Shown piece by piece: positions 56,701 through 64,000 of a DNA stretch of 64,000 nt. Position 1 is the stretch's first letter. Each line of letters begins with the position of its first letter. Location of the stretch: NCBI RefSeq assembly GCF_964188315.1, contig NC_135659.1, positions 101,122,001 through 101,186,000 of the forward strand, given 5' to 3'. The translations under genes and the position numbers were made by a program. The notes beneath the pieces are model-generated. The model saw only the letters and a list, made by a program, of their open reading frames with translations, ran no database searches and was not told where the DNA came from. Origin of the DNA: Podarcis muralis (taxonomy: Eukaryota).

Positions 56701-58710
56701 ACCTCTGGCCTCACCTGCACCACTCACCATGGTCATGCTGGAAAGCTGGACCAGGGGCTGATCCACGGGCGCCAAGAAGATGTTGAGGGTGGCTGTGACG
56801 GAAATGGACATCCCCGAGGCCTTGATGGCGCAGCTGGGCGGTGAGGAGACCCGCAGCCTCAGCATCAGAGGAGCATCCACCACGGAGGGGTTCTGGAGGA
56901 GAGAAGGAGGGACTCCAATGAGGAGAGCCTGCAGGATCAGGCCAAATCTAGCGCAGCATCTTTCTCTCACAAGAGCTGGACTGTTGCCTATGGGAAATCT
57001 GAAAGCAGGATTCGAACGCAAGAGCTCTCTGCCCCTCCTGGGATTCGGGAGCCATCTAGGTCCGTGGCCATCACTGCTTCCAGTGGGAGGGAGTTCCACA
57101 GTTTAGCTGTGCACTGCATGAAGAAGTGTCTGTATAGTTAAAGCTATGAAAGAGAAGAGTGCAAAATATGGTCTGAAGCTCAACATCAAAAAAATTAAGA
57201 TCATGGCCACTGGTCCCATCACCTCCTGGCAAATAGAAGGGGAAGAAATGGAGGCAGTGAGAGATTTTACTTTCTTGGGCTCCATGATCACTGCAGATGG
57301 TGACAGCAGCCACAAAATTAAAAGACGCCTGCTTCTTGGGAGAAAAGCAATGACAAACCTAGACAGCATCTTGAAAAGCAGAGACATCACCTTGCCAACA
57401 AAGGTCCGTATAGTTAAAGCTATGGTCTTCCCAGTAGTGATGTATGGAAGTGAGAGCTGGACCATAAAGAAGGCTGATCGCCGAAGAATGGATGCTTTTG
57501 AATTATGGTGCTGGAGGAGACTCTGGAGAGTCCCACGGACTGCAAGAAGATCCAACCTCTCCATTCTGAAGGAAATCAGCCCTGAGTGCTCACTGGAAGG
57601 ACAGATCCTGAAGCTGAGGCTCCAAGACTTTGGCCACCTCATGAGAAGAGAAGACTCCCTGGAAAAAACCCTGATGTTGGGAAAGATGGAGGGCACAAGG
57701 AGAAGGGGATGACAGAGGACGAGATGGTGGGACAGTGTTCTTGAAGCTACCAGCATGAGTCTGACCAAACTGCAGGCAGTGGAAGACAGGAGTGTCTGGC
57801 ATGCTCTGGTCCAGGGGGTCACAAAGAGTCGGACACGACTAAACGACTCAACAACAACAACAATTTCCTGGGGCGGAGCTGAGGGAGACTATCAGATCAC
57901 ACACAGAAAGAGGTGGAAACCTCTGCTGTGCCCCTTTGCCCACAACTCAGCTTCTCTCCCAGAGCTCTGCTGCCACTCTGGTGGGCGAGAAGCATGGAGT
58001 CTGGACGAAGGAAGGAAGGAGCTGGCCCAGGGCAAGCTCCTTCCCTGCTGCCGCCACTCACCATCATGACGATGCTCCCGAAAAACGTGGCTCTCAGCAG
58101 AACCTCCAAATCCTTTGGCACCTGGAATGAGAGCGAAGCGTCCCGGCGGGTCAGAGCAGCGGCTGTGGGCTCCCTGGCCTCTGCCCACTAGGCACGGCTT
58201 TTGACCATCTCTCCCCCTCCCCCCACACCAGCCCCGTGGCTTCTCTGCCCAACCAACCTTTTCGTCGGCAATCTCCATGCTCAGAACGCCAGCCTGGAAG
58301 TAGGAGAAGAGGGCGGAATCGAAGAAGTACTCGGAGACGGCCAGGTAGACCATGCGCTCCGTCTCCAGCACGACAGGCTCCACGGCCAGATTGGGGAGGG
58401 TCTTGTTCTCGTCCCCCAAGTAGAAGAATTTGCCCTGTGGGGGGGGGGGAGTGACGACCCTGGTCAGACCCAACTGCCAGGAGCCATCTGTTCGCAGCTC
58501 GCCCGTGCCCCAAGCACGCCTGCCTGGGACCACAGGGTGGGTTTTGACTCCCCAGATATCCACCCCCTTGCCCGCATCTTGCTGCTCCTTCTGACACAAA
58601 CTGGAGACCTCCCCGTACCAAACCTCTAGGATTTAAATATTGGCAAAGGCTTCTTCCGGGAGTGCAGCCAGAGCGCACGTCAGTCCCCAGTTCCTTGGGC
58701 TCTGCCTACC

Positions 58711-58759
<49 letters not shown>

Positions 58760-61700
58760 TTTATGCCAGCCAATCGAGTGTTAAAAACAATACAGCATTA
58801 AATATTAAAAACTTCCCTAAACAGGGCTGCCTTCAGATGTCTTTTAAAGATAAGATAGCTGCTTATTTCCTTGACATCTGGTGGAAGGGTGTTCCACAGG
58901 GCGGGTGCCACTACCGAGAAGGCCCCCTGCCTGGTTCCCTGTAACCTCGCTTCTTGCTGGGAGGGAACCGCCAGAAGGCCCTCAGCACTGGAACAATGGG
59001 GGTGGAGAACAAAGGCTCCTCCTGCCCCCCTCAAGCAGAGGTTGGGCACAACCTGTTCAGCTGCTCCACCCCACGTTTTCAGTCCTCTTCCCTGCCCGGG
59101 ACCCCCACCCAAGTCCCGGTGTTCCCCAGCCCTGGGCTCTGCTGCAGGAGGCACCTCGAAATCCATGTCCATGGTGTCAGACGTGACGACGGGATTCCTC
59201 AGCAGGGAGTAGTCTATCCCAATGTGGTCGTCCACCGGGTTCCGCACTGCAGGGCAGGGGGAGAGAGAGTGAGAGAGCGCAGCTGATGGCCACAGCGTCC
59301 CTTGCCTGCCTGCCTGAGCCACATGGCCATGTTCCACCTCCACGGTCAGAGTGAAGATGCCTCTGAACCCCAGTTGCTGGGAATTGTGTTCGAATCCTGC
59401 TTGCAGGTTTCCCACAGGCCTCTGGTCGGCCCCTGTTAGAACAGGCTGCTGGACTCGAAAATGTTCCAATTAACATTTGTAAAAAAAACCTGAAGCCTTT
59501 CTGTTAGGGATTGTAGGAAAAGACCTGCCAAGGAAACTGAAAAACATTTTCATGTATGCGACAATGGCTTAATAGCACAGGGATGGAAGAATGAAGAAAT
59601 CCCGACTAAAGAACTGTGGCAAGAGAAACTGGTGGACTATGTGGAATTCGCGAAACTGACATATACCGTATTTTTCGCTCTATAGGACGCACTTTTTCCC
59701 CTCCAAAAATGAAGGGGAAATGTGTGTGCGTCCTATGGAGTGAATGCAGGCTTCAGGCAGCTATCCGCAAGCCTTCAGAGCGCTCTGAAGGCTTGCGGAT
59801 AGCAGCCTGCAGCCTGAACCCCACTGCGCTCCCCGGGTTTCAAGCAGCTATCCGCAAGCCTTCTGAGCCCGGCGGGAGTTCCCACCGGGCTCCGAAGGCT
59901 TGCAGATAGCAGCCTGTTCTGGTGGCTGGTGTCGGGGCAAGCTCGGGCTTCCCTTGTCCCAGCCCTGCGGCTGTAAACAAAGGCGCGCGCAGCTTCTCCC
60001 GGCTGGAGAGGTTGCGCGTGGCTAAAGAGGAAGCCAAGCCTGTCTTGGCTTCTTTGCTCTTTGGGACTGGGGGGGGGGGGAATAATTTTTTTTCTTTATT
60101 TCCCCCCCTAAAAACTAGGTGCGCCCTATGGAGCGAAAAATACGGTAAGCTACATGATAAGGACAACTGTGATTTTAAGGAAGAATGGGAACCCTTTACA
60201 AAGTACAGTGGTGCCCTGCAAGACGAATGCCTCGCAAGACGAAAAACCCGCTAGACGAAAGGGTTTTCCGTTTTTGAGTTGCTTCGCAAGACGATTTTCC
60301 CTATGGGCTTGCTTCGCAAGACGGAAACGTCTTGTGAGTCTTGCGATTTTTTTCGCTCCCCCCCCCTTTTTCTAAGCCGCTAATAGCCTTTTAGCCGCTA
60401 AGCCTTTAATAGCCGCTAAGACGCTAAACCGCTAATAGCACTAAGCCGCTAAGCTGCTAATAGGGTTGCTTCGCAAGACGAAAAAACCGCTAGACGAAGA
60501 GACTCGCGGAACGGATTCTTTTCGTCTTGCGAGGCACCACTGTACATAAAGAAACGACAAAATGAACTGGACTCCTTGGCAGGTTTTGAATAAACACAAA
60601 CTTTTCATTGATAATAGCCAATCAAATAAATTAAGGATCTATATAATTTTGTAACATGCAGAGAAGAACATTAAGGGGAATTAAGGGTGATATGTTTTTT
60701 GATAAAATGTTTTGTTGAAATTCCTAATAAAAAATATGATATGGGAAAAAGATGAGGCTGCTGGACTTGATGGGCCATTGGCCTTCTCCTACGCCCCCCC
60801 ACTATTGACCCTCAAGCTCAGGCAGGCAGCAGGGGCAGAGTGTGGGTGGTCTTGCCCTGCCCTTCCTCACCTGGCACCGTGTCCAGCAGAGAGTTGATCA
60901 GCACCAGCCCCGCGTGGTTCAGCACCGGGCAGATCTGAAAGTGAGAAAGGGAATGGGGGAGTCTGCGGGGAGCAGGAAGCAGCAGCCCCCAGTGCAAGGC
61001 AGAGGGAAGGGAGGGTCTCTCCCCCTCTCCTCTTTGGCACCTCTTCCTGCCCCCTGTTGGCAAGGGGGGCTGCCAAAGGTCCCCTGCCCCACCGACCTCT
61101 GGCTTGGTGGTTCTTACCTGCTGGTTGAGAAGGTAGCGCATCCCTGTGGTGAGGAAAGTGCCAAGGAATTCATACACCTTTCTGGAGAGAACGCAAAAGC
61201 GTGAGAGTGGAGCCCAGAAGGGATACAAATCAATGGTTTTCTTAAAAAAAAAAATCTATTTAAATCGGAAATATTTATAATAAAATGCTTTTGGAGGAAA
61301 AATCTTTCTAAAGATAGTTTTCTATTGAAATAACATTATAGTCCAAAGGCTGTTCATCAGGAAATAAGGATTTAAGTTTTTCATGTGTGCTAAAACTCAG
61401 AGTTGTTTGTTTGTTTTTAATTGTTTAACCACATCAGTTAACAAACATGGATATGTACGCTATAATGTTTTTGTGTTAAATAGTTTAAATTGTTATTAAG
61501 GAAATGATTGTTTTTCTCCTTCCGATAAAGTACAGCAGAAAAGTTGTCCAAATATAAACAATAATTTCATAATTACCTGTCTTTGTATTTCTAATAGTAG
61601 AACCAAATAAGTAATTTTTGATATAACTGTAAAAACTACTCTGAAAATGTATTATTCCAAAAATGAAACCTTCATCTGGTTGTAAATATTAAGATTATAC

Positions 61701-62691
61701 AAACAAGAATGAGTCTTTCTGCAAAAAAATAATAAGATTAATTATAATTATTATTATTATAATTATAATAATTTGAGTCTTACTGACTAGTGATTTAAAT
61801 TGATTTGATTTAAATCAAATCCACCTTGGTGGAGCCCCTTGATCCTTTCTAAGGGGAAGTCCCAGAACGCCCCTCCCTGTCACAGGATCTCCTAACACAA
61901 GGCTTTGTGGACCTTCAAGGATGCTGAATGTCATCGGAAGACTCGGGACAGATGAGAGAAAGTCCTTCTTCACGCAGCACATAGTTTAACTGTGGAACTC
62001 CCTCCCACAGTAGGTGGCCACCACCCTAGAAGCCTTAAAAGAAGATAATGAAGAGCTATCGAAGGCTGCTAGCCAGGACGGCTGTGCTCTGCCTCCCCCT
62101 GGAAACCACAGGAAGGGGGAGAGTTGCTCTTGTGGTCAGATCCTGCATACTGGTTTCCCCTTGAGGCATCTGCTTGGCCACTGTGAGAACAGGATGCTGG
62201 ATTAGACGGGCCATTGTCCTGATCCAGCCAGCTCTTCTTATCTATTCTGCCCAGTGGGAATGAGCCACCCTAACTCCTTGCTGGACCTTCCAGCCCTGCT
62301 CCCAAAGCATCCTCAGCCACCATGGGCTCCTCTATTGCTGCCATGGGCTCCCTCCCACCCCTTCCAACCATGCCACCATGATGCCAACTTAGTTGCCAGC
62401 ACCCTTCAGCAGTCCAGCCTTGTCCCTGAAGCAGCTTGCCACCTCTCTCAGCCCTGCTCAGAGGCGCCCCTGGGGACTTGCTCCCCCAAAGCAGCAACCA
62501 AGGAGGAGTCGGGGGCCAATTGGAGGCAGGCGTACCTGAGCGTGCCACTGAATCCGGCATGCATGCGGGCGATGGAGGCATTGCAGCTGAAGTTGGAGAT
62601 CTTGAGGCGGCCGCTGTTGTCCTTGGAGAGCTCCAGCTGAGTGTGGATGTGGACCCCTTCCGCCGAAGTGTTAATGGAGCCAATGTCATAG
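53605..62691 (-). CDS. PLTP: Phospholipid transfer protein, 3' 12 coding exons: complement(join(53605..53712,54031..54107,55681..55744,56102..56144,56243..56310,56728..56892,58062..58121,58258..58434,59155..59246,60871..60934,61118..61181,62536..62691)); 5' exons lie beyond the window
   Basis: All junctions are GT-AG and phase-consistent. Peptides ICPVLNHAGLVLINSLLDTVP, ERMVYLAVSEYFFDSA, FRIYSNQSALESLA and GVQIPLPEG match recalled PLTP. AATAAA (minus) at 53427-53432. Confidence 0.95.
54031..54107 (-). CDS. PLTP: PLTP exon
   Basis: RTKKGVQIPLPEGMDFTKEVVTYHK; 77 nt. Confidence 0.93.
54180..55295 (+). mobile_element. Second copy of the solo-LTR family, split by a Sauria SINE
   Basis: Reverse complement of 11984-12727 over its full length, apart from the SINE insertion. 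Confidence 0.75.
54742..55093 (-). mobile_element. Sauria-type SINE with 13-bp TSD
   Basis: AACATGG(G/A)GATTA at 54729-54741 and 55094-55106. Confidence 0.85.
55681..55744 (-). CDS. PLTP: PLTP exon
   Basis: LIPLQGPLKTLLQLTIMPIIN; 64 nt. Confidence 0.93.
56102..56144 (-). CDS. PLTP: PLTP exon
   Basis: FRIYSNQSALESLA; 43 nt. Confidence 0.93.
56243..56310 (-). CDS. PLTP: PLTP exon
   Basis: EARLSAKVLLRKKALQVLMDLR; 68 nt. Confidence 0.92.
56728..56892 (-). CDS. PLTP: PLTP exon
   Basis: NPSVVDAPL...PPSCAIKASG...VQLSSMTM; 165 nt. Confidence 0.93.
57132..57862 (+). mobile_element. BovB/RTE LINE 3' fragment
   Basis: GLKLNIKKIKIM, FTFLGSMI and ITLPTKVRIVKAMVFPVV; (CAA)n tail. Confidence 0.92.
58062..58121 (-). 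CDS. PLTP: PLTP exon
   Basis: VPKDLEVLLRATFFGSIVMM; 60 nt. Confidence 0.93.
58258..58434 (-). CDS. PLTP: PLTP exon
   Basis: GKFFYLG...ERMVYLAVSEYFFDSALFSYFQAG; 177 nt. Confidence 0.95.
58712..58985 (-). mobile_element. L2 3' tail with (TAT)n
   Basis: Same family as 1-321 and 46975-47830. Confidence 0.7.
59155..59246 (-). CDS. PLTP: PLTP exon
   Basis: VRNPVDDHIGIDYSLLRNP...MDMDFE; 92 nt. Confidence 0.94.
59664..60147. mobile_element. Tc1/mariner MITE (TIR CCGTATTTTTCGCTC), TA TSD
   Basis: taccgtatttttcgctctatagg ... cctatggagcgaaaaatacggta, with internal inverted sub-repeats. Confidence 0.85.
60204..60544. mobile_element. Tc1/mariner MITE (TIR CAGTGGTGCC.GCAAGACGAA), TA TSD
   Basis: tacagtggtgccctgcaagacgaa ... 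ttcgtcttgcgaggcaccactgta. Confidence 0.85.
60871..60934 (-). CDS. PLTP: PLTP exon
   Basis: ICPVLNHAGLVLINSLLDTVP; 64 nt. Confidence 0.95.
61118..61181 (-). CDS. PLTP: PLTP exon
   Basis: KVYEFLGTFLTTGMRYLLNQQ; 64 nt. Confidence 0.95.
62536..62691 (-). CDS. PLTP: PLTP exon (most 5' exon in the window)
   Basis: YDIGSINTSAEGVHIHTQLELSKD...RMHAGFSGTL; 156 nt. Confidence 0.95.
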
Positions 62692-62824
62692 CTGGGGCGG
62701 AAAGGGTTAAAAGTAGGCATGGGAGTGGGAAGGCTGACTCTCCAGGCGTCCCACAGGAGGCCAACCCCCAAGTCATCATATTTTGCTGGAAGCCACCCAG
62801 AGTGGCTGGGGCATAAAGAATTAA

Positions 62825-62861
<37 letters not shown>
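62825..62861. repeat. (GAT)n microsatellite
   Basis: About 12 perfect ATG/GAT units. Confidence 0.9.
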
Positions 62862-63011
62862 GGCCAGCAGCCACACAATTCAGCCACAAAGGGAGCCCAC
62901 CACAGGGCACTTGGAAGCCCAGGCCCAGCTTTCAATGCCAGGATCAGGCCAGGGTCTCAGCAGAGAGAGCGCTGAGGACCAGGCTGGGAGGGCACCATTG
63001 GCCCATTAGAC

Positions 63012-63147
63012 CAGGCACCCCCAACCTGCGGCCCTTCTGATATTTTGGCCTACAACTCCCATGATCCCTAGCTAAGAGGACCAGTCATCAGGGATGATGG
63101 GAACTGTAGTCCAAAACATCTGGAGGGCCGAAGGTTGAGGATGCCTG
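63012..63147. mobile_element. hAT-type palindromic MITE with perfect 8-bp TSD
   Basis: CAGGCA...TGCCTG termini; CATTAGAC at 63004-63011 and 63148-63155. Confidence 0.85.
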
Positions 63148-64000
63148 CATTAGACAAAGGTTTCTGTGGGAGATTGCAGTCAAATATAATAATGCATAAA
63201 TACTAGTTAGTGCATGAAGGGGTTAAGACTACAGAGTCCTTTTCCTAGACTCAGCTAGGTCACGCCTCCTCTTCTCTGAAGAGGGAGGAAGTTAAGCCTT
63301 CTCTTTCTGTTCCCTCTCTTTCTGTGCCATATAACTGACCAAGGAAGACGTGCCTAAGCAAACTCCAAGCTTAGAGCCCGTGCGATTGAAGCAAACTTTC
63401 TGCATTTTCTACCCAACAGTATTCTGCCTGTGCTCTCTTTGCCGCTGCTTGGATAAATGCATTAATCCAACTTTTGGAACATTTTGTAAGTAAAGCATTT
63501 TAAACTTACTTAACAGTGGTCTGTTCATTGCAAAGGGGTAGAAAGAGGGGGGTGCTTTGCAAACAGACTAAACGAGATATGCAAGCAGCTTATATTCCTC
63601 TCTCTTGACTTTGCGAGTTTAAACTCTGCAACTGGGGGCTCTCCCTTGCTGGAAGGCGAGCTTAGCCCCACACTTTGATTCCAGGCACCCACTCAATTCT
63701 TTTGTGATTTACCCCACACACGTGGGTCACAGGGATTCATATTTGCCCCATTCCCCTGCATGATACATGCTATCCAGGCAGACTCATCAAACTGTAGAAC
63801 TGCAAGGCCAGCTAGTCCAACGCTTTGCAATGCATGAATCCCAGTTAAGAAGAGGTGTTGCCACTTCAGGGCTCACAGCTCCCTTGCAAGGACCCTCTGC
63901 CTCTGGTGGGAAGGAGCTGGCTCCCTGGGGGCTTAAGTAATAATTTATTATTTATACCCTGGGCGGCTTCCAACAAAGTATTAAAATACAGTACAGTGGT

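Larger units (their letters stand above)
59465..60740 (+). mobile_element. L1 3' end (ORF2 C-terminus plus UTR) interrupted by two MITEs
   Basis: KPEAFLLGIVG...GWKNEEIPTKELWQEKLVDYVEFAKLTY/KLHDKDNCDFKEEWEPFTK/YIKKRQNELDSLAGFE* once the MITEs are removed. Confidence 0.8.

Overview
Vertebrate genomic DNA. The repeat content (Sauria-type SINEs, BovB/RTE, L2, CR1, L1, Rex1/Babar, mariner and hAT MITEs) points to a squamate, probably a lacertid lizard (inference). The window holds the conserved synteny block of human 20q13.12: ACOT8 exon 1 (-), ZSWIM3 (+), ZSWIM1 (+), SPATA25 (-), NEURL2 (-), CTSA (+, 14 coding exons, 483 aa) and the 12 3'-most exons of PLTP (-). I reconstructed the exons by hand from GT-AG junctions, and their phases are consistent. 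The main unexplained structures are: (1) a decayed multi-exon gene (tentatively MROH/HEAT-like) plus a C2H2 zinc-finger relic between ZSWIM3 and ZSWIM1, which are immediate neighbours in human; (2) a 50-bp inverted copy of a CTSA exon/donor junction inside an (AAT)n tract just upstream of the CTSA promoter, oriented toward NEURL2; (3) nested and TSD-flanked transposon structures, a 149-bp hairpin, a 23-bp minisatellite and a ~830-bp polypyrimidine tract. There is no prokaryotic-type system such as CRISPR, and most ORFs in the six-frame track are spurious. Gene identities rest on recalled protein sequences; no database search was run.
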